The position numbers and the translations under genes are program-made. A DNA stretch of 64,000 nt, taken from a virus (Duplodnaviria; Caudoviricetes). The stretch covers positions 765 through 64,764 of IMG/VR virus record IMGVR_UViG_2728369139_000007. One strand, given 5' to 3'. Positions 9,517 through 19,241 of the stretch are shown here, one piece after another. Position 1 is the first letter of the stretch, and the number at the start of each line of letters is the position of its first letter. A model generated the notes under the pieces. It was not told the origin of the DNA. It did not search any database and saw nothing but the letters and a program-made list of their open reading frames with translations.

Positions 9517-9678
9517 TTATTTTCTTTTAGTACCGCCCTTACGCTTGCAGGCATTCGGGGCGGTATTTTTATTTTTCTTATTGCTAATCTTTTTTGCAAG
9601 CTCATTTGCATAAGCTGTTGCAAATACTGTAAGGAATACCTTAGCAGCGTCATACAATAAATTAAATAAAGAATCCAT
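9517..9678 (-). CDS. Type I toxin-like small membrane peptide, 53 aa
   Basis: One hydrophobic helix plus Lys/Arg tail; SD next to cctttctct/agagaaggg stem; 5' ggttgcta can pair with 3' tagcaacc; terminator near 9457-9478. Confidence 0.7.
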   Translation of the reverse strand: MDSLFNLLYDAAKVFLTVFATAYANELAKKISNKKNKNTAPNACKRKGGTKRK

Positions 9679-9835
9679 TCGGTCACCTCCCTTCTCTCTA
9701 AGATCAGAGAAAGGATAGCAACCTCCCGCCCTCACAATATACAGTTACATACAGTCTATCACACAATTCTATTACAAGAAATATCATTGGAATATTCTCG
9801 AAATACATCAATTTAAAAATAAATAGTATTCTCCC

Positions 9836-9913
9836 TGTGGATAACCATACTTATCCACAACAAAAGCCCGACATTTATTGTCGGGCTTCTCTTTTTCTCT
9901 TCTTTTTTCCACA
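9836..9913. promoter_or_regulatory. DnaA boxes (plasmid origin region)
   Basis: Perfect TGTGGATAA at 9836 and TTATCCACA at 9851, plus TTTTCCACA at 9905, upstream of rep. Confidence 0.75.
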
Positions 9914-9987
9914 AACTTCTGCTATGATTGATAGAGTAGATACATAAATTGCAAATGTAAATTTAAGATTTTTTATATAAATTTAAA

Positions 9988-10099
9988 AAAATAAAAAACC
10001 CCGACAGAATTTTCAAAGGTTGGAAGAGTTTGGCCGCCCAACTGACCGATGAAAATTGGAACACGAGGTTTGTATAAACATATTTAAATGTGTGTTGCT
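9988..10099 (-). ncRNA. Countertranscript antisense RNA of the rep leader (copy-number control)
   Basis: Minus-strand TTCACA(10134)-17-TATCAT(10111) with TG motif; long stem-loop ending cggggtttttt. Confidence 0.6.
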
Positions 10100-10198
10100 A
10101 CGTCTATGATAGCATATACTTTTAAAAATGTGAACTACAATCCTCTATTTTCCTATACCCATTTTTGGGCGGGGTGGAAATTGGAGGATTTTTTTATT

Positions 10199-11260
10199 AT
10201 GTCTAATTCATTAGAAACAACAGAAGAACAAGAAGTAAGAGAATTGCAACGTATAGTAATTAAAGAAGAATTGTTAGCATTAACAGGAAAGCATTTTGAT
10301 GCAGCATTATTAAATAATTTAATCTTTTGGTCTGGCATTACAGAAAAAATGGACAAAAATCTTAAATTACGAATTAAGCAAATGGAAGCTCGTAACACAA
10401 AGCAATCGGCAATTGATAAAAAGAAAAAACAAATTCGTAACGGATGGTTTTATAAAACAGGCGATGAACTTTTAGCTGAATTAATGGATTGGGGAAGTGC
10501 TTCAACAATTAGTCGAACACTTAATAATTTTGTTAAAGAAGGATGGATCGAAAAAGGGAATAACCCTGATCCATCTAAAAAGTGGGATAGATCGACTTGG
10601 TTAAAAGTGAACCTTACAAAAATCGCATCCGATTTACATACACTCGGCTACGCTTTAGAAGGTTATTCTTTAGCTCAAGGAACGACTACAAAAAACAGTG
10701 AAAATAGTGTTGAAACTGAAGAAAAATCCAAAGAAACCGCATCACTACCCATTTTGCACAGTGCAAAATGCATTTTGCATGATGAAAAATCCATCTTGCA
10801 CAGTGGCAGAACAATACCAGAAGGTTTACTTCAGAAGGATACTTCATTATCTACTTTTGAAGAAGAAGAAGAAAATACTACTGATAGTATCTCAGAATCT
10901 ACAATTCTTGATTTAATGAATCAAAAAATCAAAGAACGAGAGATTACAAATCAAAAGACAATTAAGGCTATTCTTGATGTAGCATCTAAATGTAAGGTAA
11001 TCGGAACGACGGATTTAACTGCAGCCGAAAACTATGTAATAAAAGTCGTGGAAGAAAAAATGTCTAAGCTTGGCCAAAAGCAAAAAGTAAGAACAGGTAA
11101 AGCAAAAGTATCAGGTTCTAAACCTATACGTACTGAAATGACTCCTGATTGGGTTGGGAAAGAAGATAACGAATCATCAACTGTGAAAGACAATAGACAA
11201 GCCTCTGAAGAAGAACATAAACGTTTAGAGGAAGTGTTAAAAAAATATAAACGTGATTAA
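10199..11260 (+). CDS. Plasmid/phage replication initiator (Rep, winged helix)
   Basis: AALLNNLIFW...GWFYKT initiator-type N-terminus; GGAGGA RBS; internal iterons; DnaA boxes upstream. Confidence 0.8.
   Translation: MSNSLETTEEQEVRELQRIVIKEELLALTGKHFDAALLNNLIFWSGITEKMDKNLKLRIKQMEARNTKQSAIDKKKKQIRNGWFYKTGDELLAELMDWGSASTISRTLNNFVKEGWIEKGNNPDPSKKWDRSTWLKVNLTKIASDLHTLGYALEGYSLAQGTTTKNSENSVETEEKSKETASLPILHSAKCILHDEKSILHSGRTIPEGLLQKDTSLSTFEEEEENTTDSISESTILDLMNQKIKEREITNQKTIKAILDVASKCKVIGTTDLTAAENYVIKVVEEKMSKLGQKQKVRTGKAKVSGSKPIRTEMTPDWVGKEDNESSTVKDNRQASEEEHKRLEEVLKKYKRD
10749..10811 (+). repeat. Three 21-bp iterons inside rep
   Basis: ccattttgcacagtgcaaaat / gcattttgcatgatgaaaaat / ccatcttgcacagtggcagaa. 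Confidence 0.7.
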
Positions 11261-11280
11261 AATTAAAGGAGTCTTATTTT

Positions 11281-12213
11281 ATGATACCTGAAATCTCATC
11301 ATTATTAACAAAGTATTATATTAAAGCTGGCTTCACTGCCGAAGAATATATTGTACTTAACGCTTATTTGAATCACTCAAAAATTTTTCAGGATACACAC
11401 AATTTAAACGAAGTATCTGAAATGACAGGAAAGACGTTAAATGAAATTCAAGATATATTAGAAAATCTGCTTAAAAAAGAATTAATTAATATGAATCCTG
11501 AAAAAGAAACCATAGATTTACTTACGCTCCATAATAGGTTACATGAATTGGATTTTGAAGCAAAAACAATTAATAAACGAATTTTTGATAGTATAAATGA
11601 TTCTAGACATTTTTCATCAGATCCATATTATCAACATTTTGGACAGGTTACTCTTGTACCATTTACAGATGGAGGAATTGGAGTCACTTCAGGAACTAAT
11701 AGGTTATATGGTGACTTGATGTGGTCGCGAAATGATATGAAAAAGTTAGCAGATGAAATTCTAGACCTTGTAGAAAAAATAGATCAAACACGTATTGATG
11801 AATATAATAATGACCTAAAAGAAAAAAGAAGAATAGAAAGAGAGCAGCAACGTATTGCTTATGAAGAACGCAAAGCACAAAGAGAACAACCCGTTAAACC
11901 AAAACATGGATATGTAGTATTAATTCGTTTGTACCCTTCTGGACACTATAAGTTTACTTACACAGTATCTGCTGATTTGAACGGTAAAATTAATCGTTTA
12001 AAAGAAGAATACGGAAATAATGTAGAAATTGTTCATTCAGTAGAAACATATGACACACTGAAATTTTATCATCAGTTTGCTAAAAAACAATTTAGTAATA
12101 GATTGATAGAAAAAACACTTTATCAACTAACAGAAGAAGACGTACAGTTCTTCAAAGATGAAAAATATCCAGCTAATGCAATGGATTGGTTAGAAGGTTC
12201 GCGTGTGAAATAA
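11281..12213 (+). CDS. DnaD-like N-terminal HTH plus degenerate GIY-YIG/T5orf172-like C-terminal domain
   Basis: N-terminal LNEVSEMTGKTLNEI..LENLLKKELI; C-terminal GYVVLIR...GHYKFTYT. Confidence 0.55.
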   Translation: MIPEISSLLTKYYIKAGFTAEEYIVLNAYLNHSKIFQDTHNLNEVSEMTGKTLNEIQDILENLLKKELINMNPEKETIDLLTLHNRLHELDFEAKTINKRIFDSINDSRHFSSDPYYQHFGQVTLVPFTDGGIGVTSGTNRLYGDLMWSRNDMKKLADEILDLVEKIDQTRIDEYNNDLKEKRRIEREQQRIAYEERKAQREQPVKPKHGYVVLIRLYPSGHYKFTYTVSADLNGKINRLKEEYGNNVEIVHSVETYDTLKFYHQFAKKQFSNRLIEKTLYQLTEEDVQFFKDEKYPANAMDWLEGSRVK

Positions 12214-12250
12214 AAGCATATGTTTCAAAATAGCTAATGGAGGGAAAACC

Positions 12251-12772
12251 ATGAGAAAAGTAGATGTAGTAGTATCCTTAATCGAACTAGAAAAAAGAAT
12301 CTTTAAAGCCCTAAATCCGCTTGAAGAAGCAGGATTAGATTCCATTTTCGAGTTATTTTCTATGCTAGATTTTGAAGATGCAACAAACGTTTTACTTGAA
12401 AATGCGTTTAAAGATTTTTATTTCGATAATATACAACACTTTCGATTCGGAACTGAAAGTAAAGAAGAATTTACAAACCGTCTTTTAAAAATTAAACCCG
12501 AACTTTCTTGGATTATATCACCAGATGAAACATTAAAAGTTATTTCTGTTTTATTGGATATAGAAAAAGAAAGACAAGAAACCTATATAACTTTTGCTAA
12601 CTTAGGTGTGGAATTTGATATTCCAGAAGCGATGGATTCTTTGGAAAAATTTATTGATCAATTAATCGGAGAGAACGCTGGGGATATCGTTTATTTCTAC
12701 ACTGATGGTGACATGTCTAAAGAAGAAGTGTTAGATTTCATCTCTGATAAGTGGAAACAGGAAAGTAAATAA
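12251..12772 (+). CDS. Hypothetical acidic protein
   Basis: 173 aa, GGAGG RBS. Confidence 0.7.
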   Translation: MRKVDVVVSLIELEKRIFKALNPLEEAGLDSIFELFSMLDFEDATNVLLENAFKDFYFDNIQHFRFGTESKEEFTNRLLKIKPELSWIISPDETLKVISVLLDIEKERQETYITFANLGVEFDIPEAMDSLEKFIDQLIGENAGDIVYFYTDGDMSKEEVLDFISDKWKQESK

Positions 12773-12842
12773 AGAAGATTTAAGGGCAGATTCGACATTA
12801 GAAAAATTCGAACTAGCTGAACATACAGAGAGGACTTAACAT

Positions 12843-13046
12843 ATGTCATTTAGCAATGAACTTATTAATCAAAGTATGAGTAAATTAGGAGGGCAGCTCG
12901 CATTGTATTTTGGCCTTCCAATAATTCTCATTGCAATACTAGCAATAATTGTATGTAGATATTTTGATGGATATTTCACTCGACAATTTTTTGGTATAGC
13001 TGCAGCGTGTATATTTGTAGGTTGGTGTGTATATGTTTTTAATTAA
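12843..13046 (+). CDS. Small two-TM membrane protein
   Basis: Two hydrophobic segments; GAGG RBS. Confidence 0.65.
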   Translation: MSFSNELINQSMSKLGGQLALYFGLPIILIAILAIIVCRYFDGYFTRQFFGIAAACIFVGWCVYVFN

Positions 13047-13272
13047 GTTTACTTAAAGTAAGAGTTTTAACAGCATGGGAGGAACACTAACATAACGCGG
13101 ATTTTGTACACTTAGACCAACAAATAAATTTGATCCGCTAGTTTGGTGTTTTTTCTCATCCCTCAAAAAGTGTACTTTTTGAAATTATGTTTATATTTCT
13201 TATGAATTAAGCTTACTCCTCTTTTTGAAGGAATGGGCAAAGATACCCAAAATAAAAATTCAGAAATGAAGG

Positions 13273-13566
13273 GTGGACCTTAAGACAATGCGCAACGTAT
13301 TTCCAAACAAATACTATAGTGATGAAGGATTTGTAGAAAGAAAATTAGAAATCAATGAGGAAGATTTACAAGAAATTATTGAGGATTACTTGCTAAGGAA
13401 TGCTGATTTCGATTTTGATGAAGTCGAAATAGTCAATAACCGCCCAATGAACATATGGCTCTATGCTAAATGTAGAACATATGTTGATTCTGAAGATGCA
13501 GAGCAAGATGATGCGTTACTTGATGCGGAAGTCGAAATTTCTGGGCACTATGACGGAAATCTTTGA
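13273..13566 (+). CDS. Hypothetical acidic protein
   Basis: ORF track; start uncertain. Confidence 0.55.
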   Translation: MDLKTMRNVFPNKYYSDEGFVERKLEINEEDLQEIIEDYLLRNADFDFDEVEIVNNRPMNIWLYAKCRTYVDSEDAEQDDALLDAEVEISGHYDGNL

Positions 13567-13667
13567 TAGATTACCAATGTAAGTATAATAGGATGTGAGA
13601 TTGAGGGGTAACTACAAAGGACTTACAAGCCCTATCTTACCTTTTCACTACCGGAGAGCAGAAAACT

Positions 13668-14081
13668 ATGCACGATGATATAAAATCACTTCAGGAGGTT
13701 GGTACAATGTTTTTAGCTAAAGGGTTTAATAAAGCACCGTATTATAATAAAATTGATACACTAAAAAAAGAAGATTATGTTAGAAAAGTGATCTTGAAAT
13801 TACGGGATATCGAAGATGAAGACGTGAGAAGAACGGCGATTAAAAAGGAAGCTAAAGAATTATTAAGCAAAGTATCAGTACACCTACTTAAATACCCTGA
13901 GCCATTAGAAAATCTATTAATCTTACTTAAAGATGAAAATGAGTATGATATTTATTTAGTTTTAAGACTTGAGATTGATATGTTATATATGCATGCAATT
14001 CAGTTTAACTATAAAACATTAGAAAAGGCTGCTAAGACTTACAAGAAATTTCGTGAGGATCCATTAGCCTTCCGTAGATAA
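13668..14081 (+). CDS. Hypothetical protein
   Basis: AGGAGG RBS before MFLAKG suggests an internal start; followed by a hairpin. Confidence 0.6.
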   Translation: MHDDIKSLQEVGTMFLAKGFNKAPYYNKIDTLKKEDYVRKVILKLRDIEDEDVRRTAIKKEAKELLSKVSVHLLKYPEPLENLLILLKDENEYDIYLVLRLEIDMLYMHAIQFNYKTLEKAAKTYKKFREDPLAFRR

Positions 14082-14238
14082 ATAAAAACAGGTAGCCGTC
14101 GAGCTACTTTTTTCATTTATAAAATTTCACATACCATATTAATTTATAAATAAAATACTCAGTTTATAAGGGATTTTGACGAAGACAAGGGTTTTCGTCC
14201 TCCTGTCACGAATGTTATATCGCGAAGGAGATGAGAAA

Positions 14239-14772
14239 ATGGGCGGAAACAATCAACTTATCTATTCAAGCAAAGACGTCGCCGCTATATTAAAAATTCA
14301 GGAATCAACTTTACGTAAATACTGCATCATGTTAGAAGAAGTCGGGTACAAATTCCATAAAAATGAGCTGGGACACCGTGGTTTTCTCAATGATGATGTT
14401 GTAGCGCTAAAAACACTAGCTGATATAAAGTCACACCCCAATATGACGCTAAAACAGGCTTGTAACGCAGTGATGACATGGCTACATAATAAAGATATAG
14501 CGGACACTGATATAAAGGAACTACGACACGAAGAGCGTAACGATGAGCAACATGACGAGCGATATAACGAGTTAAAAGAAATGATTCAGCAGCAGAATGA
14601 AATGTTAAAGCAAATGGCTAAGAAAATGGATGAGCAACAAAGGTACATTGATGAGAGATTAGAAAGACGAGATCAGCAGCTTATGGGTGCTATACGTGAG
14701 ATGCAGGAAGAGAAACGTGTACTGTTAGAAACAGCAGCAACTAATAAGAAACCGTGGTGGAGATTCTGGTAA
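14239..14772 (+). CDS. MerR-like HTH plus coiled coil, DUF3967-type plasmid protein
   Basis: YSSKDVAAILKIQESTLRKY; C-terminal RDQQLM...KKPWWRFW; AAGGAG RBS. Confidence 0.75.
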   Translation: MGGNNQLIYSSKDVAAILKIQESTLRKYCIMLEEVGYKFHKNELGHRGFLNDDVVALKTLADIKSHPNMTLKQACNAVMTWLHNKDIADTDIKELRHEERNDEQHDERYNELKEMIQQQNEMLKQMAKKMDEQQRYIDERLERRDQQLMGAIREMQEEKRVLLETAATNKKPWWRFW

Positions 14773-14849
14773 TGAGTCTCCACCACGGTAAAAAAATATA
14801 TTATGATAGAATTGGATTAGGAAGAAAAATAAACATAGGGAGATTATAA

Positions 14850-15617
14850 ATGGATTACTATGATACACTGCTCAAGATAGTAAACACAGTAATTATTGGT
14901 GGTTATCTTGTTACAAAAGCAAAAAACTTTGCTACAAAACAGGATGTTAAAGAAATAACGAAACTCCAAGAGTTAGGGAAAAATCTTGCAACTAAGCAAG
15001 ATATCCAAGAAATCACAAGACTCCAAGAAGAAATTAAGTCTAAATTTCAACTTGATATGGAGAAACATAAATTTGAGCTAACTAGGATTTCTAAAGAATT
15101 CGAATTGTATGCGATAAAAAAACATGAGCATTATCCAGAGTTGTATAAAAATATTTCGTTATGCATTGGGAAAATTATAGGTTTAAGAGGTTTTCGAAGA
15201 GTTATAGATTTCAGAAAACTTAATGAAGCGGATATAGCAAAATATATGGAAGATAAATCTTTTAATGACAGCGATAAACAGTTAATCTTGGCGGATTTAT
15301 ACACTAATAAAGAGATAGCTATAAAAAATATTGAATTAATATTGAGAAGAATTGAATATACTGAGGCAGAAAATGCTTATAGTAACGCTAATAATTTCTA
15401 TTTGCTACACAGGCTCTTTTTCTCTTCGGAGGTCAGTGTTATTACAGAGGATTTGTTAAATAATATATACCAATTATGGATCTATTATAATCCAGATTTT
15501 ATATATTCTACTCACACAAAAGATATGATTAATGATATTCAAATATTAAAAGAAAATATAGAAACAATACAAGAGGAATTATTCAAACAAATGCAAAAAG
15601 AATTGATAAAGAGATAA
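14850..15617 (+). CDS. Hypothetical protein with N-terminal TM and duplicated ATKQD motif
   Basis: KNFATKQDVKEITKLQE / KNLATKQDIQEITRLQE; terminator at 15616-15650. Confidence 0.7.
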   Translation: MDYYDTLLKIVNTVIIGGYLVTKAKNFATKQDVKEITKLQELGKNLATKQDIQEITRLQEEIKSKFQLDMEKHKFELTRISKEFELYAIKKHEHYPELYKNISLCIGKIIGLRGFRRVIDFRKLNEADIAKYMEDKSFNDSDKQLILADLYTNKEIAIKNIELILRRIEYTEAENAYSNANNFYLLHRLFFSSEVSVITEDLLNNIYQLWIYYNPDFIYSTHTKDMINDIQILKENIETIQEELFKQMQKELIKR

Positions 15618-15647
15618 AAAAGAAGACTATATAATGTAGTCTTCTTT

Positions 15648-15765
15648 TTTTATTAACGATTATATAACTATTATATAATCGTTAATAAAACATTGAAAAA
15701 CATCTTCGATTGATATAAAATTAATTTAACATCATATAAGCATTACATAACAAATATATAAGTAT
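15648..15765. promoter_or_regulatory. Candidate parC centromere/par promoter
   Basis: Perfect 20-bp-arm palindrome 15648-15690 and several TATATAA-like repeats directly upstream of parM. Confidence 0.5.
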
Positions 15766-15789
15766 TAATAATTTAAGGGAGTCGATAAA

Positions 15790-16800
15790 ATGACTAAAGT
15801 ATTTGCAATTGATCATGGGAATGGCGCTGTAAAAATGCGTACAGATGTGTTTAAAAAGACACTTCCAGCAATCTATTCGTTCTCTTCTAATGTAGGAGAA
15901 GCATTGTCTGGTGGGAAGATGAAGCTTAAAACATATAAAGTTGAAGGAACAGAATATGTTTGGGGCGATGACATAATTAAAGTGAACAATACTTTAAACA
16001 CATACGCTCAACAAAATCGATATAAAACTAATCAGTATAAAACACTATCTAAAATTGTATTAGCTGAAATGGCTGCTAAAACAAATGTGAAAAGCTATGA
16101 TGAAATCTTAGTTATAACAGGTGTTCCAAGTCAGGAAATCGGAACAAAAGCAGTTGATGAAATCAAAGAAGTTTATCAGGGAACTCATGAGATTGAGGTT
16201 AATGGTAAGAAATTAACAATTAATGTTGTGGATGTTATTGTTCTTGCTCAACCGGTCGGAACTGTAATGAGCCGTTATTTAGATGAAGATGGATTTGTTG
16301 CAGATGCTTCTTATGAAGATATGACTGTAGGCATTATTGATATTGGAACTGGTACGACAGATTTAGATGTAATTTCTATGCTGCGTCGTGAAAAAGAATC
16401 AACTTCTGTTCCTAAAGGAATGCATGATGTTTACGAACCAATTGTAGCTAAAATTAAAAAGGAAACAAGCGCTACGATTAATGATTATAAATTAGAAAAA
16501 GTATTTGAAGATGGTGCTTACCAGGCTTCTAAGCGTATGGATCCAATTGACTTTAATGACGAAAAAACAGCATCGATTAAAGAAGTTTATGATTTTATTG
16601 TAAATGGAGTAAATAATGCTTGGAAAACATTTGATCGTTTTGATGAAGTGTTAGTTTCTGGTGGTGGTGCGAATACTTTCCATGAGTTATTGGAAGAATG
16701 GATTGGTAAAGTAACGAAATTAGAAGAAAGCCAAACTGCAAACGTGGAGGGCTTCTACAGATATGGTAAATTCGAGGTAGGCGAAGAAGATGGCGAATAA
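15790..16800 (+). CDS. parM: ParM/StbA actin-like partition ATPase
   Basis: IDHGNGAVK, IIDIGTGTTD and VSGGGA actin-fold motifs. Confidence 0.92.
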   Translation: MTKVFAIDHGNGAVKMRTDVFKKTLPAIYSFSSNVGEALSGGKMKLKTYKVEGTEYVWGDDIIKVNNTLNTYAQQNRYKTNQYKTLSKIVLAEMAAKTNVKSYDEILVITGVPSQEIGTKAVDEIKEVYQGTHEIEVNGKKLTINVVDVIVLAQPVGTVMSRYLDEDGFVADASYEDMTVGIIDIGTGTTDLDVISMLRREKESTSVPKGMHDVYEPIVAKIKKETSATINDYKLEKVFEDGAYQASKRMDPIDFNDEKTASIKEVYDFIVNGVNNAWKTFDRFDEVLVSGGGANTFHELLEEWIGKVTKLEESQTANVEGFYRYGKFEVGEEDGE

Positions 16801-17035
16801 GACATACCTTCTGTCTTATGATGATGTATTAGATAAAGACATTAAAGATTGGTTAGCATCTTTACCACGTAATAGAAAAGCTGAAATGGTTCGTACTGCT
16901 ATTAGACATTATATGCATACAAGCGGATCTATCATTATTCCTCCGATGAAGGAAGAGAAAGTAGAACCAGAACCGAAAAAAGTCGAAAGAAAACGCCCTA
17001 AGTTTGGTAAGGGCGGTAATTTTGAAAGAGAGTAA
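16790..17035 (+). CDS. parR: ParR-like centromere-binding adaptor
   Basis: Small RHH-like protein (LSYDDVLDKDI..KAEMVRTAIR) overlapping the parM stop. Confidence 0.7.
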   Translation: MANKTYLLSYDDVLDKDIKDWLASLPRNRKAEMVRTAIRHYMHTSGSIIIPPMKEEKVEPEPKKVERKRPKFGKGGNFERE

Positions 17036-17129
17036 ATACAATTGAATATAAAAAGAGAACGCTCTTCACAGCTTGCCGGCACGAAAGAGCGTTCTCTACA
17101 CTTTGAAAATCTGAAAGGATGATTTAACA

Positions 17130-17363
17130 ATGTCAAATACCCTATTCAAATTAACTACTAGTGAGCCTATTCTACCACAAACACGTAGCAAAAAGGAACT
17201 GTTCGGGACAATCCGTTCTTTCTTTAAAAAGAAATACCAACAATTAAACGAGTGGTTCGGCATTGAAGAATGTAAATCTGACCGTATTTGGTACTACGGA
17301 ACACTATCTATTATGTTTTTTCTTCCTGCTGCTACTTATATTATTTCTAAATTAATATTTTAA
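17130..17363 (+). CDS. Small membrane protein
   Basis: C-terminal hydrophobic helix. Confidence 0.6.
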   Translation: MSNTLFKLTTSEPILPQTRSKKELFGTIRSFFKKKYQQLNEWFGIEECKSDRIWYYGTLSIMFFLPAATYIISKLIF

Positions 17364-17397
17364 GATTTTAATTTTATTAAGAATTGGGGAATGAGAA

Positions 17398-17652
17398 ATG
17401 GCTATTGAAGCACATAAATGTAACGTCAAAGGATGTAATGGTCTTGTAGTTTTTGAAAATGCTGATTTTGATTTGCAAAATCCTGACACAATTAAAGGAG
17501 TTTATGCACTTGATGATCCTACTTGTAACGTTTGCGGAAAAGAATTTTTAGTAGTACCTAGTTATTCTGTCATTGATCTTGATGTAGAAACACAAGAATT
17601 TGAAGAAATTGAACCAGCTTGTATTACTGAATGGCAGAATCAAAAATTTTAA
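17398..17652 (+). CDS. Small Zn-finger-like protein
   Basis: CNVKGC...CNVC. Confidence 0.65.
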   Translation: MAIEAHKCNVKGCNGLVVFENADFDLQNPDTIKGVYALDDPTCNVCGKEFLVVPSYSVIDLDVETQEFEEIEPACITEWQNQKF

Positions 17653-17686
17653 CCAAAGTGTAATTTGACTAGAAAGAAGGGATATA

Positions 17687-17848
17687 ATGGCATTTGTAAT
17701 ACGTGGCGAAGGGTTCATTCTTACAGATTGTGAACCAGGAAATGAAGAACAAGAATTAGAATTCGAAACATATGAGGAAGCAGAAAAAACGTTAGAACTT
17801 ATACAATTACCTATGCAGCAGCCAAACGCAAGAATCGTTGAAGTGTAA
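17687..17848 (+). CDS. Small acidic protein, 53 aa (MAFVIRGEGF...RIVEV), not in ORF track
   Basis: Translated by hand; AAGGGA RBS; terminator at 17860-17890. Confidence 0.65.
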   Translation: MAFVIRGEGFILTDCEPGNEEQELEFETYEEAEKTLELIQLPMQQPNARIVEV

Positions 17849-17990
17849 ACTGCTTGTAATAAAAAGATGACTAAATCTAGTCATCTTTTTTTGTTATGGA
17901 TATTCATTTTGTAGGATGGTAATTCGGGATTATTTACTCTCTTTTTGGGTGCTTCTATATATTTAATAATTGTTAGGTAATAAGCGTTAG

Positions 17991-18140
17991 TCCGTCCTAA
18001 CAAAAATAAAGTACACTGTAATCCTTGATACATAAAGGTATTTTAAAGAATATAACGTATCAGTTTTGATCCCAACTTCAGCGTACAAGTTTTACTATCT
18101 ATATTCTGTATTATTTATTGATTTATTTTGTTAGGTCGGA
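17991..18140. repeat. Long-spaced inverted repeat between plasmid block and lysis genes
   Basis: tccgtcctaacaaaaataaa (17991) versus tttattttgttaggtcgga (18122); third ttgttagg at 17970. Confidence 0.6.
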
Positions 18141-18147
18141 ATAACAC

Positions 18148-18183
18148 AAAAGGGTCTACTCGAGTATGAGCAGACCCTTTTTT
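18148..18183 (-). terminator. End-of-late-operon terminator
   Basis: aaaagggtctactc-gagtat-gagcagacccttttt hairpin at the endolysin stop. Confidence 0.7.
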
Positions 18184-19241
18184 CACTTCACATATACATA
18201 TGTTTCATTTGCTGTAATGTAGAACGTTGTACCTTTGCTATTGTGTACTTTATATTGCGCGGATCCATTCACTGATACTTTAGCATCAATAGTGAATCCA
18301 AGTCCCTCATCTACAGTTCCGGATACATCTTTATCAGACCAGGAAGCAGCATCATAGAAGCGAAGGTTGTCCACTTTAGAAACAACGCGTTTTCCTACAA
18401 CTGAGCTTGCAGCAGGAGTTTGTTCCCCTTCATATCGAATGTAATCTGGGTTGTTATAAATCCATTGATTACCTCCAAGGTTTAACCAATCACCTTGTTT
18501 TCCCCATACTTGATATGCTTCATTTTTACCTAATTGACGGATAACACCGTTATTTGTTGATGGACCACTTCTTAGGTTGACGTTTAACCCATCAATGTAA
18601 GCCACCCCTGTTGCTCCTGTAACGTTTTGAGCAGGTTCTTGTGGTTTTGGTTTAACTGTAACTGTTTCGCCTTCATATGCCTTTTGTACGTCCAATCTGA
18701 ATTGTGATTCTGATACGCCATGACTGCGAAGATAATCAAGCGGATCTTCGTGGTCGGTTCCACCTAATTTATAAGTAATATCTTTATGTGTCCATAATCC
18801 TTTACTCGGATGAATATCTCTATCTTTTAAAATCTTAGCTAATAGTCTTACATAACGTTCATACGATGATTTAAATTTAGCTGGATTGCTAGTTTCAGAT
18901 AGTTCTACATGTACAAATCGTTTGTTAGCAGCTGGTCCAGCACCATAAGCGATGTATTTTGTATCGGCGATTTGAATTGTTTCATCCCAATCTACTGCAT
19001 AATGTACAAAGGCAGAGCGCCATGTACGAGACTCATACTTTTGAATATTAATTGCTGGTGCTTCTGGTGTTGCTGTACTATGTGCTACAACGCCCTCATA
19101 TGCGCCCACACCGTTACGATACGCTTGTTTCGGTAAGTCTTGGATAATTAGTACTCTATCGGCAAAAGAAGCCGTGGCGAACGAAAATAAGAGCAATAGA
19201 GTCATAAATAATGAGCTAAATAGTTTAATTGGTTTTTTCAT
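18183..19241 (-). CDS. Endolysin, N-acetylmuramoyl-L-alanine amidase (Amidase_2 plus SH3-type domains) with signal peptide
   Basis: VAHSTA, AFVHYAVD, HVEL, DHEDP; NVNLRSGPS SH3b; start MKKPIKLF after AAGGGGA. Confidence 0.92.
   Translation of the reverse strand: MKKPIKLFSSLFMTLLLLFSFATASFADRVLIIQDLPKQAYRNGVGAYEGVVAHSTATPEAPAINIQKYESRTWRSAFVHYAVDWDETIQIADTKYIAYGAGPAANKRFVHVELSETSNPAKFKSSYERYVRLLAKILKDRDIHPSKGLWTHKDITYKLGGTDHEDPLDYLRSHGVSESQFRLDVQKAYEGETVTVKPKPQEPAQNVTGATGVAYIDGLNVNLRSGPSTNNGVIRQLGKNEAYQVWGKQGDWLNLGGNQWIYNNPDYIRYEGEQTPAASSVVGKRVVSKVDNLRFYDAASWSDKDVSGTVDEGLGFTIDAKVSVNGSAQYKVHNSKGTTFYITANETYVYVK

Noticed and set aside
18040-18070. dif-like site or attachment core at the lysis end
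   Set aside because: Poor match to Bacillus dif, and no copy of the int-end GTGGTC repeats.
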